From Octopus vulgaris (Eukaryota): a stretch of 64,000 nt of DNA. The stretch is from NCBI GenBank assembly GCA_951406725.2, contig OX597833.1, positions 61,256,001-61,320,000 on the forward strand, read 5' to 3'. This document shows, one piece after another, positions 50,877 to 64,000 of the stretch (position 1 is the stretch's first letter; each line of letters starts with the position of its first letter). A model generated the notes under the pieces. The model worked only from the letters and a program-made list of their open reading frames with translations. It searched no databases and had not been told where the DNA came from. The position numbers were made by a program, and so were the translations under genes.

Positions 50877-51389
50877 CCCTTTCGTTACCGTATTTCTTAT
50901 TTCGGTTAGTGGCTTATTCAGAGGTATACCAACACTAGCGTAGCTGAGGGTAATATTCTCTGGGAACACACAAAAGTCCTTTTCAGAGTTATTTACTTTG
51001 AATTGTTATTATCTCATATCTGATTAGCCTGTTATTACGTAACATGCTTCACGATTTTAGTATACATACTTTATTAGTATTTCCTCCTAGGTTCTATATA
51101 CTCTGGGAATGCATTAAAGCCCTTTATGGGGCTACTTTATTTGAATTCTTACTACTACGGGTAACTAATTTCATGTTATTACATAACTGATTTCACAATT
51201 TGGGTATTCATAACTTATTGGGGATTTCCTAAAAACAAGGTCCTGTGTAAGACAGTTCGGTATTCTCTGTAAATGCACAAAACCGTTTTAAGGGCTACAT
51301 ACTTTGTATTGTTGTTATTGGATTAGCAAAGCAATTGTGTGAACGGAACCAAGGGATAATCCTTGCTTTCTCGGGAACATCAGCCAGGG
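50877..51389. mobile_element. Possible piggyBac-type non-autonomous element
   Basis: TTAA-CCCTTTCGTTACC left end as in the 36.5-kb MITEs; AGGG-TTAA right end, only 4 bp of TIR match. Part recurs at ~54851-54945. Confidence 0.45.
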
Positions 51390-51812
51390 TTAACATGGCC
51401 TGGAAATCAGGCAGTATTGGATTGGTTCACAAACCACATCATGCTCCATTGTTTTGGTATAGTTTTGCTGGTTGGATACCCTTCCTAACACCAACCAGTT
51501 TACAGAAGGTACTGAGGGTGCGGGTTTTTTTTTTGCATTGCACCAGCATTAGTGAGGTTGCCTTTTGACTTGCAAGAGTAAAGAGGCCCCTCAGCAGAGG
51601 AGGAGTAAAGAAGAAGAGTGCGTGCTTAATGCAAAGTGTTGAAAGGATAAATTATGAAAGGAAGAGCAGGAACTTGTTTACAGTGGAAGAGATTCCTGGC
51701 TACTTTGCATTCTACATCTATGTGGGTGAAGGGGACTGGTGTGGAGCCAGAAAGAGAGGTAAATACAGTGATGAGGTACCAGAATGTATCCTTAAGATGA
51801 CAAGTCCAAGAA

Positions 51813-52018
51813 GGTAAACAGAAACATTTTTTCACGCTCAGAGTTGCTGAAGCATGGAATAAACTGCCTGCGTCAGTTGTTGACTGCCATGACACTGCAT
51901 CCTTTAAGGCCCTCATGCTTTCCGAAATCCGCCGAAACAACACCTGATTATATATACACTTTAGATGAGTTGTAGTGCACCTGAGCACTGTACACAATTA
52001 TTATTATTATTATTATTA
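51813..52018 (+). mobile_element. CR1/L2-type LINE 3' end
   Basis: Near-identical to the 3' end of 7992-8698; (ATT)n tail. Confidence 0.88.
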
Positions 52019-55000
52019 AGAGAGTGTGGAGGCAGAAATCATAAAAGATGGGTAACATAGCAACAGTGGATGAGAGAGACACAATAAAAACATGGGGTAT
52101 AGGTGGTCAGATGTATGTGAGGTGTGGGGGTGAGGTGACCCTAAATATATAAATAGCACACTGTAGTCAAGTGGTGCCCAGGGGACAAGCTAATTCTTTA
52201 TACACCATGATTGTTTGGAAGATTTCTGCAATACCAAAATGGGTTGACAGTCTCCAGTCCTTGTTTCATCTTATCAATGGCCCTTCTCACCTCTCACGTA
52301 CCTAGTAAAGACAGAATTTGAAAATTAAATTTGTGCTACCTACTTCTTAATCTTGCCTTCGTTGCACATATAGCCTCCATTCATCCACTTGCCTATTGTG
52401 TATGTGTTAATGTGTGCATGAGAGAGAGGGAGAGAGAGAGAGAGAAACAGATAGAGAAAGAGTGAATTCCTTTAATCAGCAGTATTAAACATTTCTCAGA
52501 AATTTACATTACATACCTTGCCAGCAGAGAGAAATAATGAAAAAGAAAAAAAAAAAAAGAAAAAAAAGAAACCCACACACAAAAGATATGTAAAAATTTG
52601 AAACAGGAAGCACAGAGATAAAGTAATATTATCAAGTCTGAAGAAGACCATCTGGACAAAAGGTTTGAAGTTGTTCAGCTCCCAACCAGATCACATAAGT
52701 TTTCTTGAAAAGGTGGCACTAGAGATAATGGTTGTGGCTGTTGTTGGTCTAGCCCTGTTAGTGAGAGGGCCAGATAGTTTAACCTCTTAGGTCAGAATGT
52801 CAGTTTATTTCCTTTGACCAGAAGGCCAGAAAGTTTATCCCCTTTTGTCAGAGGGCTGGTTAGTTTAGCCTCGTAAGGCAGAGGGCTAATTTAGTTTGGT
52901 TAATTATGAAACAATGGCTCTGAGGAAGTAACAACACAGTATCAGAAAGCGTGAACAAAAATACTCATCAATTACTAAGGAAGTATGTGAGATCATTGAA
53001 GCTTCTAAAAAATAGGGACATTACTTCTAAGATAAACATTTACAACCTCAACTATTTAGTCTACAGTTCTACTATAATTAATTCTAAGTGAAAGAGTGTG
53101 GCTTAGTAATTAGAGCATTCAGCTCACAATTGTAAGGCTGTGAGTTCAATTCCCAACAGCAAGTCGTGTCCTTGAGCAAGACACTTTATTTCACACAACT
53201 CCAGTTCACTCAGCTGGCAAAACTGAGAAGTACCTCAGAAGATAATCCTAAAGGGTTATCCCTGAAAAGGGTGGATAGTTTTTATCAAATGGTTTTTTGC
53301 CCAAGGTGCCATGCAGTGGGACTGAACCCAGAGCCATGTGGTTGGTAAGCAAGATACTTACCACACAGCCACTCCTGCATCTAGTATGTTGACCATTACT
53401 GACAAATGTGGTGGATTTCCTTGTTTTCTTGTAACACCATCCCACTCAAAACCTTTATAGTTTAAGCCTTTTTAGGGCACTCAAGTACATTCATTGAAAA
53501 TGAGTGGTAACTTTCATGTCTCAAGAATTAGCCACCTTCTGTTACATGAATAAGGAATGGGCACTAGTTGTTCCATTTCCTAAAAACCTCATGAAAGTGG
53601 TCAGGCATAAACATATAGCAACATCATCATCGTTTAACGTCCATTTTCCATGCTAGCATGGGTTAGACGGTTCGACCGGGGTCTGGGAAGCCAGGAGGCT
53701 GCACCAGGCTCCAGTCTCATCTGGCAGTGTTTCTACAGCTGGATGCCCTTCCTAATGCCAACCACTCCATGAGTGTAGTGGGTGCTTTTTACGTGCCACC
53801 AGCACAGGTGCCAGGGGAGGCTGACAGCGGCCACGATCGGTTGGTGCTTTTTACGTGCCAGGGGAGGCTGGCATCGTCCACGTTCAGATGGTGCATTTTA
53901 CGTGCCACCGGCACAGGTATCACAACTACAATTTCCATATTTATTTTGATGTTGATTTTCTGGAAAACCATACTACTGTCTGCTTTGGCATGGTTTCTAC
54001 AGCTGGATGCCCTTCCTAATGCCAACCACTTTGCAGAGTGGACTGGGAGCTTTTCACATGGCACCAGCACTGGCAAGGTTTGCTCTGGTAGGTTTTTAGA
54101 ATGGAACTATCAAATACATGTTGACAGCAGGATATAGAACCGTCTATCACATGAACACATTAGTGTAGAGAACTACCCAAAACATGTAGGCAATAGGTCT
54201 ATATAAGACTAAATACTACATCTATTAGACACATGGAGGCAACAGGGTGTATGTTAGACTAAATCATCATCATCATCATTTAACGTCTGTTTTCCATGCT
54301 AGCATGGGTTGGATGGAAGATATACTTATCTAATTCATGTATGCATATACTACACTAAATAGTTTTGAATTGTATAGAGGAAGGAAGGAAGGAAAGAAGG
54401 AAGTCATGTTGTTTCAAACTTTACATTGGACCTTGAAAATGAATATTAAATTACAATGATGACTTTAGATGATGATGATGGTGATGATAATATGGAAATT
54501 CTGTTTCTTAAGTGGAATCATGTTTACATCGTACACAGGCAACCTTCAACCCTCCTTTCTGCCACTAAAACTATTGAAACAAGATTTAAGAATGAGGAAG
54601 GTGGGGAAGAGAGAGATGAGAGGGGAGAGGAAACTTTAGAGAAAGATTATTCGAAATAACATTCTTGTTACATCAGTAAAAGAGTAGACGGAACGGCGGG
54701 TGGGGGTGTAGGGAGATATTTATTTAATTCATCATCAGCATAATCATTTAATACCTGTTTTTCTATGCTGGCATGGGTTGTTTGTTTGTTCCTTCTTGAG
54801 CCACGCCTGGCTCATAAGGGCCGGTTTCCCCGGTTTCCTTGGCGTATAGGTTCTCTGTAAATGCACAAAAACCATTTTAAGGACTATATGCTTTGTATTG
54901 TTGTTATTGGATTAGCAAAACGATTGTGTGAACGGAACCAAGGAATAAACATCAATGCATAGTGGTATTTTGTCAGTCTTTATGTTCCGAGTTCAAATTC

Positions 55001-56099
55001 CGCCGAGGTCGACTTTGCCTTTCATCCTTTCAGGGGTGCTAAATTAAGTACCAGCTGAGTACTGGGGTCGATCTAATTGACTGGCTTCCTCCCCCAAATT
55101 TTCGGGCCTTGTGTCTAGAGTAGAAAAGAATATACATTTTGTTATACACCAGTGCAATATGCATCTTTTTAAACATACATGCAATATATATTTTGTTATA
55201 CATCCATGTAATATATATCTTGTTCATTTGCTCATCCGATCGTGGCCGTTGCCAGCCTCGCCTGGCCTCCGTGCCGGTGGCACGTAAAAAGCACCATCCG
55301 ATCGTGGCCGTTTGCCAGCCTCGGCTGGCCTCCGTTGCCGGTGGCACGTAAAAAGTACCATCCGATCGTGGCCGTCTGCCAGCCTCGCCTGGCCTCCATA
55401 CCGGTGGCACGTAAAAAGCACCATCCGAACATGGCTGTTTGCCAGCCTCGCCTGGCCTCCGTGCCGGTGGCACGTAAAAATCACCCACTACACTCATGGA
55501 GTGGTTGGCGTTAGGAAGGGCATCCAGCCGTAGAAACATTGCCAGATCAGACTGGAGCCTGGTGCAGCCTCCTGGCTTCCCAGACCCCAGTTGCACCGTC
55601 CAACCCATGCCAGCATGGAAAGCGGACGCTAAACGATGATGATGATGATGAGTGTGACTTAAACAGAGGAGGTATCTGAAGCAGAATTTTTATAATTGAA
55701 TGCCCTTCATTTCAGTAACCCTTAGTTGTTTTCCAAGTAATAGACTCCTTTTTATTTTATTTTATTCCAGATAAATGTGAAAGAGCACAGCTAGTGGATA
55801 ATTTGTTGATAGGATATGCCAATTAAGTCACTAGTCACAGTCTAGCTACAAATGGCAACACCCCTATCAGTAGGCATAGCTCTGTAATCATTCATACAGC
55901 CCAAGCACGTGAACATACACACACAGACACACACACAGCATTTCTGTACAGCTTCAGTCTACAAAAAAACAACAGTTACAATGTTTCAAAAGTATATTGT
56001 ATATTCTCATTCCCAGCTCACAACATAGTTTTCGAAAATTTCCTTGTGAAACTCGTAACATCATACCAATATTTCAGTACTTTTCACTAACAGCATGGC

Positions 56100-56130
56100 A
56101 TATATATATATGTATGTATGTATGTATATG

Positions 56131-56161
<31 letters not shown>

Positions 56162-56237
56162 GTATGTATGTATATATGTATGTATGTATATATATATGTA
56201 TGTATGTATGTATATATGCATGTATGTATATATGTAT

Positions 56238-56277
<40 letters not shown>

Positions 56278-56445
56278 ATATATATGTATGTATGTATATA
56301 AATATGTATGTATATATATATATATATATGTATGTATATATATATATGTATGTATGTATGAGCACTATACAATAATTTCATTATTATATATTGTATATAT
56401 ATTATATATATATATATATATTTGTATGTATGTATGTGTTGTGTG
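56100..56445. repeat. (TA)n/(TATG)n microsatellite
   Basis: Direct inspection. Confidence 0.93.
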
Positions 56446-57165
56446 TGAGTGAGTGAGAGACTGTGTGTGAATATATACACATACTTACACACACACAAAC
56501 AATGCATGTATTTTAAATCAGTAATTGGAGCCCAGAAACCCTGGGGACACATGTGTTGCATTCATTTAGAGAGGAAAGGAGGGAGGGAGGGAGGAAAGAG
56601 AAGGATGTTGGGGGTGGGCGGGTGGGATGGAAGAGAGGAATGTAAGGGGAAGGTGGGTGGTAAACGAGAAGACAAAAGCTGGGGTTACGACAGACAACAG
56701 AAACTTCATTGTGTTAATGTTGTTGTTGTAAGGAACAAAGAGGTATTGAACTGCTGATCTCTCTGCATCCTGTTTTACATTGCTATCACATAACTCAATT
56801 GATATTTTTGGAGGAAGGTAGAATGTGATGCACTGTAAGAGAGTCACCAAACCACCATTACTACTACTACTACTACTATTACTACCACCACCACCATCAC
56901 CCCAATTACCCCCAGTACCACCAGTCAGCATACTACTGTCACCACCACCACCATCATTACCTACCACACCCCACGGGCTTCTACTACCGCTGTATGCATA
57001 TCATCTCACTACCACACATGCCACCACCATTATTGTTTGAAGCCAGCCAGTTGAACAGGTTTTTAAATAATCAAAATGTTATTGACGTCTGATATAACTG
57101 ATATTATGAAAACCAATGTATGGAAACCTCTACATGGGCACTAGGAATGACCCAAATAAAAGCTG

Positions 57166-57741
57166 AAGGCGGCGAGCTGGCAGAAACGTTAGCACGCCGG
57201 GCGAAATGCTTAGCGGTATTTCGTCTGCCGCTATGTTCTGAGTTCAAACTCCGCCGTGGTCGACTTTGCCTTTCATCCTTTCGGGGTTGATTAAATAAGT
57301 ACCAGTTACGCACTGGGGCCAATGTAATCGACATAATCCCTTTGTCTGTCCTTGTTTGTCCCTTCTGTGTTTAGCCCCTTGTGGGTAGTAAAGAAATAGG
57401 TATTTCGTCTGCCGTTACGTTCTGAGTTCAAATTCCACCGAGGTCAACTTTGCCTTTCATCCTTTCGGGGTCGATAAATTAAGTACCAGTTACGCACTGG
57501 GGTCGATGTAATCAACTTAATCCATTTGTCTGTCGTTGTTTGTCCGCTCTGTGTTTAGCCCCTTGTGGATAGTAAAGAAATAGGTATTTCGTCTGCCGTT
57601 ACGTTCTGAGTTCAAATTCCACCGAGGTCGACTTTGCCTTTCATCCTTTCGGGGTCGATAAATTAAGCACCAGTTACACAATGTCTGTCCTTGTTTGTCC
57701 CCTCTATGTTTAGCCCCTTGTGGGCAATAAAGAAATAAGAA
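57166..57741 (+). mobile_element. SINE family A trimer with TSD aataaaagctg
   Basis: ggtatt unit starts at 57215, 57399 and 57583 (period 184). Confidence 0.9.
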
Positions 57742-58818
57742 ATAAAAGCTGAATCTCCCCGCCCCCAAAGCACATTCTAGTGCCTTGGAAATAAAAACAA
57801 AAAAATGAAGGTTACATTGGGTAATGTTGCCCTTGACAACATTTCAAGAAAGGCTGGATGTTCACACTTGGACCACTATTGATGATAAGTCTACTGTATA
57901 TAAAGGCTGACCCAACAACAAGGGTGATTGGAAAGTAACTCCCTATTTTAAAATGCTTATAATTTATTTATTAACTATAATTTTTTTCTCAAATTTGTTG
58001 TGTACGTTCATTAATGTATGGGAATTGATTCCATGTTTTTTTCTTTTCAGATTGATTATTTTGTTTTGCTAACCAATCACATGGTTCCGGGTTCAGTCCC
58101 ACTGCGTGGCACCTTGGGCAAGTATCTTCTACTAAAGCCTCGGTCCGGCCAAAGCCTTGTGAGTGGATTTGGTAGACGGAAACTGAAAGAAGCCCATTGT
58201 ATATATGTACATATATATATGTGTGTGAGTTTGTGTGTCTGTGTTTGTCCTTCCAACATCGCTTGACAACCGATGGTGGTGTGTTTACGTCCCTGTAACT
58301 TAGCGGTTCAGCAAAAGAGACTGATAAAATAAGTACTAGGCTTACAAAGAATAAGTCCTGGGGTCGATTTGCTCGACTGAAAGGTGGTGCTCCAGCATGG
58401 CCGTAGTCAAATGACTGAAACAAGTAAAAGAGTAAGCCCTACACACATGGCTGGATGTCTTACTGTGCAGGAGCTTGTGCAGCTAGCTGCACATTACAAA
58501 GTTTGGAGATCAGCTGTTCAAGCGCAAAGATGGTGGAGGACCATTAGAGGAAGACATGCCCAAGTTGATGCAAAAAGATAATCAAGAATTGCCATGCAAA
58601 ATTTATGACTACAGGATTTGTAGCTGGTACTTGAACTGTTCGTCCTTCCAATTCATCAAGATCCGCATATATACACAAACACAAACACACACACACATAT
58701 GCACAATAGAATGAATAGCATGATTAGGTCTATGGGTGTGAATACATATATATATATATATATATATGCATATAAATATATATATATATATGCATATAAA
58801 TATATATATATATATATA

Positions 58819-59189
58819 TCTCTCTATATAAACGGCAGTTTGTCTGTGCGTTTTCTGTGTGTCTGTTTTCTCGTACCCTCACCCTGACCACGGCTTTCAA
58901 CCGATTCTGATGAAACTTGACACACACATAGCCCAATGTCATAATTCAAAACTAACGCAGCGAAAATTTTGAAAAGTTCCCCCAGTTCTGAAAAAAATCG
59001 ATAAATTCGACATGGGGTCGAGAATCAGAAACCCAAACCACAGACCGTCTAGGGGACGCAACTCCACCTTTTTTAACTCTGAAAAAAAATTTACCATCAT
59101 TTTTTTTCTATTTTTTGGCTATAACTCTCTAAAAATGCTTTATAGTTATTTCCCTTACAAACCTGAGCAACGCCGGGCGATACTGCTAG
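58819..59189 (+). mobile_element. Non-autonomous Helitron within a (TA)n tract
   Basis: A|TC start, hairpin CCTGAGCAACGCCGGG, CTAG|T end. Second copy begins at 63850. Confidence 0.87.
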
Positions 59190-59377
59190 TATGCATATAA
59201 ATATATATATATATGCATATAAATATTTATATATATATATGCATATAAATATATATATATATATATATGCATATAAATATTTATATATATATATATGCAT
59301 ATAAATATTTATATATATATATGCATGTAAATATATATATATATATATGCATGTAAATATATATATATATATTTATA

Positions 59378-59417
<40 letters not shown>

Positions 59418-59730
59418 TATAAATATTTATATATATATGCATGTAAATATATATATATATATATATATGCATATAAATATATATATATATATATGCATAT
59501 AAATATATATTTATATAAATATATGCATATAAATATTTATATATATATATATGCATGTAAATATATATATATATATATATGCATATAAATATATATATAT
59601 ATATATGCATATAAATATATATTTATATATATATATGCATATAAATATATATTTATATAAATATATGCATATAAATATATATTTATATAAATATATATAT
59701 ATATATATTTATATATGCATATAAATGCAT
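59190..59730. repeat. (TA)n/ATGCATATAAAT satellite
   Basis: Direct inspection. Confidence 0.93.
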
Positions 59731-60139
59731 ACACATGTGTGTGTGTGTGTTAGTATGAATAGGACAGTGACCACATGGGGTAAAATTCAATACCTCCAAT
59801 TTCATTTATGTATCACCATTGATAAAACCAAGAAGGAATAATTAAGTGCAAGAGAAAACCAGGATCTCTACAGTGTTGTAATGCTAACACCACCACCACC
59901 ACCACCACCTTCTCTGCTATGAAAGAGTAGTCACTTTTGCCTCCCCAACTAAACGAAACTAGAGCAAAATTTAGAGTGTTTTAACTGATTTTTGTTTGTA
60001 AACCAGCAAAGAATGACATTAGCGAGTGTATTAGGGAAGGGTGGGGCGAACAGCAGGGTAGAGAGACTGGAACTGAAGCAGAAGATATAGCAGATAACAG
60101 AAAAAACAAAAAAAAAAACAGACACTAGTTCTTCATAAT

Positions 60140-60297
60140 GTCGTACATATCATACATATGAAAGGAAGAGGTCAGCATATGTTCTGCAACATGAAGAACC
60201 AGATGGGTGAAGTATGCTACATCACAAAGCAGTCTACTAGAGAGAACCAGGACATCCTTGGAGGAGAGAGCAGTGCACTTGCTCTCACTGATACTGA

Positions 60298-60342
<45 letters not shown>

Positions 60343-60530
60343 TGGAAATTTTGTTACTGAGACCTTACTGAATGAGGACAGTGAATGGAAGAGATACCCA
60401 CACTTTAGGCAGCTGTCGGTCGGCTTCAGTGATTGGTTTAGCCGTCCATTCTCATACATACGAGTCAAAAGCAGGATTGCGGATATGAGGGCAGAAAAGG
60501 CAGCTGGATGACCTAGGGATAGTCATTAAC
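60140..60530 (+). mobile_element. Decayed RTE-like LINE ORF fragment
   Basis: KQSTRENQDI...ALALTD...LLNEDSEW...MRAEKAAG resembles the linker preceding LINE RT domains. Confidence 0.45.
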
Positions 60531-61694
60531 AGTAGTAGCTATGGAATGAACTGTTGCCTTTTCATAAATTACACACACATATACACACACACATGCAACA
60601 TGTGTGGTTGTTTGGTAAGAAGTTTGTTTCTGAATCAGGGTTTCGGGTTCAAGCCCACTGCATGGCACCATGTCTTCTATTATAGTCCTAGGCTGACCAA
60701 AGCCAGGAGTGGATCTGGTAGATGAAAACTGGAAAAAACCCATTGTGAGTGTACATGATAGATAGATGTGGCAGCACGTGAACTAGTAGTTAAGCTGTTG
60801 CACTCATGATCGCTAGATTATGGTTTCGATTCCCAGACTAGGTGGCGTGTTGCATTCTTGGGTAAAAACACTTCATTTCATGTTGCTCCTGTCCTCCTTT
60901 TGATCAGGGAGGAATGTTGGCCTGCTCACCTAGCTAGTGGAATGGCATCATTCAAAGGCTAAAAGGATGCAAAGCACATTCATCATCATCGTTTAACGTC
61001 CGCTTTCCATGCTAGCATGGGTTGGACGGTTCGACTGGGGTCTGGGGAGCCAGTAGGCTGCACCAGGCTCCAGTCTGATCTGGCAGTGTTTCTACAGCTG
61101 GATGCCCTTCCTAACGCCAACCACTCCGTGAGTGTAGTGGGTGATTTTTACGTGCCAGGCAAGTCTGGCAACGGCCACGATTGGTTGGTGATTTTTACGT
61201 GCCACCAGCACAGAAGCCAGTCAAGGTGGCGCTGGCAACAGCCACATTCGGATGGTTCTTTTACATGCCACCGGCACTGGTATCACAACTGCAATTTCCA
61301 TTGATTTTTGATCGAACATTGTGACCAGCAATTTTGTTGTAGCAACTTATGATAGTCCAGCTGGTCACGTGATCATGTGCGACAGATATACGTATGTGTT
61401 ACTCCCTCCTTGCCTTGACACCATGAGATAGTTATAAGCAAATATCACTGTCATGTAAGCAATATCCTCCATTTTGCAATCTTCTGTGAAAACATATCTG
61501 TTCATGTGGAAACATTAGCTTACTAGGAAACAGATGAGGGGTGGTGACGAGGCTATCTGGCTGTAGAAGATTCGCCTCAACAAATTCCACCCAACCCATG
61601 CAAGCATGAAAAAGTGGACATTAAATGATGATGATACAGTTACACATCTACACACACACAAAAATAGAGGTTGGAATGTAGAAGAGTATCTACA

Positions 61695-62101
61695 TTTCTT
61701 ATTTCTTTATTGTCCACAAAGGGCTAAACAAGGACAGACAAAGGGTTTAAGTCGATTACATCAACCCCAGTGCGTAACCAGTACTTAATTTATCGACCCT
61801 GAAAAGATGAAAGGCAAAGTTGACCTCGGTGGAATTTGAACTCAGAACGTAACGGCAGACGAAATACCTATTTCTTTACTACCCATATGGGGCTAAACAC
61901 AAAGGGGACAAACAAGGACAGACAAACGGATTAGGTCGATTACATCGACCCCAGTGCATAACTGGTACTGAATTTATCGACCCCGAAAGGATGAAAGGCA
62001 AAGTCGACCTCGGCGGAATTTGAACTCAGAACGTAATGGCAGACGAAATACCGCCAGGCATTTTGCCTGCCGTACTAATGTTTCTGCCAGCTAGCCGCCT
62101 T
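61695..62101 (-). mobile_element. SINE family A dimer
   Basis: gaaatacc|tatttc junction at ~61868. Confidence 0.85.
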
Positions 62102-62399
62102 CAATTGAAGAAATAAATATTTCAGTTTTTTAATTAACAGTTAAGTGCCTCTAATTTTGGCTTTTCCCTGCATTTACTACATTTCTATAAGGTGGTTGGT
62201 GTTAGGAAGGGCACCCAGCTGTAAAAACCCTGCCAAAACAGATGGTGAAGCCTGATGCAGTCTTCTGCTTAACCAGCCCCTGTCAAACCATCCAACCTAT
62301 GCCAGCACAGGAAACGGATGTTAAATGATAATGATTAAAATCTGGCCTATTTTAAAAGAATTTTAATTAGGTGTCATCTGCTCTCAGGAGGTTGAATAT

Positions 62400-62570
62400 C
62401 AGATCTTTTCTCAGCCATTTTTACACATTCACCAGATAATGGTTTTGTCCAGTCCTTGATATCATTAAACCAGTTTGTCCTGGGTTTTTCCTCGAGTCCA
62501 GAACCCTTTATCTTTCCTTCTGGTAATAGTCACTGCATATCTTGTGCTTATAATAATTAGCTTCCTTTTT
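62400..62570 (-). mobile_element. RTE-like LINE C-terminal relic
   Basis: EGKIKG...KPRTNWFNDIKDWT. Confidence 0.55.
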
Positions 62571-62693
62571 TAATAACAAAGAGTAATAATCTCTTTTATA
62601 AAATCAGTTCTGTCTGTGTGTGTGTCTTTTCGGATCTCGGGCATCCTCCATCCAATTGCACCCAAATTTGAAATGTAGATACCGATGGTATCA

Positions 62694-63052
62694 AGGCAGT
62701 GAGCTGGCAGAAAAGTTAGCACGCTGGGCGAAATGCATAGCCATATTTCGTCTGCCGTTACGTTTTGAGTTCAAATTCCGCCAAAGTCGACTTTGCCTTT
62801 CATCCTTCGGGGTCGATAAATTAAGTACCAGTTACGTACTGGGGGTCGATGTAATCGACTTAATCCGTCTCTCTGTCCTTGTTTATCTCTTCTGTATTTA
62901 GCCCCTTGTGGGTAGTAAAGAAATAGGTATTCCGTCTGCCACTATGTTCTGAGTTCAAATTCCGCATTGGGGTCGATGTAATCGACTTAATCCGTTTGTC
63001 TGTCCTTGTTTGTCTCTTCTGTATTTAGCCCCTTGTGGGTAGTAAAGAAATA
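62694..63052 (+). mobile_element. SINE family A dimer (second unit internally deleted) inserted in a Helitron-like element
   Basis: Duplicated ggtatcaaggc at 62687 and 63053; empty-site paralog at ~47465. Confidence 0.85.
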
Positions 63053-63849
63053 GGTATCAAGGCGTGTATAAGACTTGAAAAAATTACACAAATCGATTCC
63101 AGGTGAGAATGCGATCGATAAAGCCGTTTTTGTCCTGCTTTTCTTCTGTCAACCTGTACATAACTGCACCCTCCATTTTATTTTTTGTTGTTTTTGTACT
63201 GCTTAAAGGCACGTTTCTTTCCTTCCAAGCTTACTGTTTAAACCATGTTTGTGTTCTCCCAGTCAACAGCCTTATCATTGCTGGTACTTTAAACTCTTCG
63301 GTTGCATATTTGTGTGAACAAAATCGTTTTTCTTTGGAATAGAAAAAAGTCTATCTTTATTTCTTCTTTTGCTGGTGTCTCAAATTTAGGTTAAATCACG
63401 GCATGACACCTTGGGTAAGTGTTTTCTACTAAAGCCCCAGGATGATCAAACCTTTGTTGTGGATATAAGAGAGAAACTGAAAGAATCCCATCACGTGTGT
63501 GTGTGTGCATTTATGTGCATGTGTGTATCTGAATTTGCCCCAGTGCTTCAAGACCAGTGTAGGTTCATTTATGTCCCCATAACTTAGCAGTCTCAGCATA
63601 AGAGACCAATAGAGTAAGTATCACATTAAAAAAAAAAAAAAAGTGCAGGATAATTTTCAAGGTGGTGCTCCAACATAGCCGCAATCATATGACTGAAACA
63701 AGTAAAAGTTGAATCTTTTCATTAAACTCTTCAAGGTGGTGCCCCAGCATGGCAAGTCCAATGACAGAAACAAGTAAAAGATAAAAAAAAAAAAGAATGC
63801 CATCCAAACCATTATGATGCTATTTCAGTACATTGTATTTCTGTGTTAA

Positions 63850-64000
63850 TCTCTCTATATATAAACGGCAGTTTGTCTGTGCGTATTTCTGTGTGTCTGT
63901 TTTCTCGTACCCTCACCCTGACCACGGCTTTCAACCGATTCTGATGAAACTTGACACACACATAGCCCAATGTCATAATTCAAAACTAACGCAGCGAAAA
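63850..64000 (+). mobile_element. Helitron 5' part (runs off the window)
   Basis: Near-identical to 58819-58965. Confidence 0.85.

Noticed and set aside
55232-55480. HDV-like ribozyme in the family C repeat module
   Set aside because: Superficial P1/GG/L3-like motifs, but P2 and P3 cannot be formed consistently across copies.
58907-58920. CTGATGAAAC as a hammerhead core (also CTGACGA at ~10979 and ~47629, CTGATGA at ~13615)
   Set aside because: No stem II-GAAA-helix III-helix I topology; the 58.9-kb case is ordinary Helitron sequence.

Overview
Repeat-saturated, AT-rich eukaryotic DNA. The tRNA-derived SINE families, (TA)n/(TG)n/(GA)n microsatellites and multi-kb introns suggest an octopod cephalopod (inference). 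Two convergent genes are supported: the last coding exon of DGAT1 (+, 869-1009) and a six-exon group I p21-activated kinase (PAK) on the minus strand (28814-17172, 451 aa, all introns GT-AG with matching phases). The rest is mobile DNA: four SINE families, CR1- and RTE-type LINE fragments, non-autonomous Helitrons, piggyBac/hAT/Tc1-mariner MITEs and transposase relics. Most ORF-track entries are microsatellite or SINE artefacts. The main leads are: (1) a SINE that repeatedly integrates as head-less 184-bp concatemers with one precise junction and GGTA(T) at its 3' insertion boundary, suggesting a multimeric or circular RNA template; (2) two type I hammerhead-ribozyme folds, both with a CCGA core variant; (3) a 134-nt G.U-rich rod hairpin in a PAK intron; (4) a degenerate PAK CRIB motif and a tandem duplication of the PAK terminal exon; (5) filled/empty site pairs that record insertion order. 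All alignments, folds and coordinates were derived by eye; repeat boundaries are approximate.
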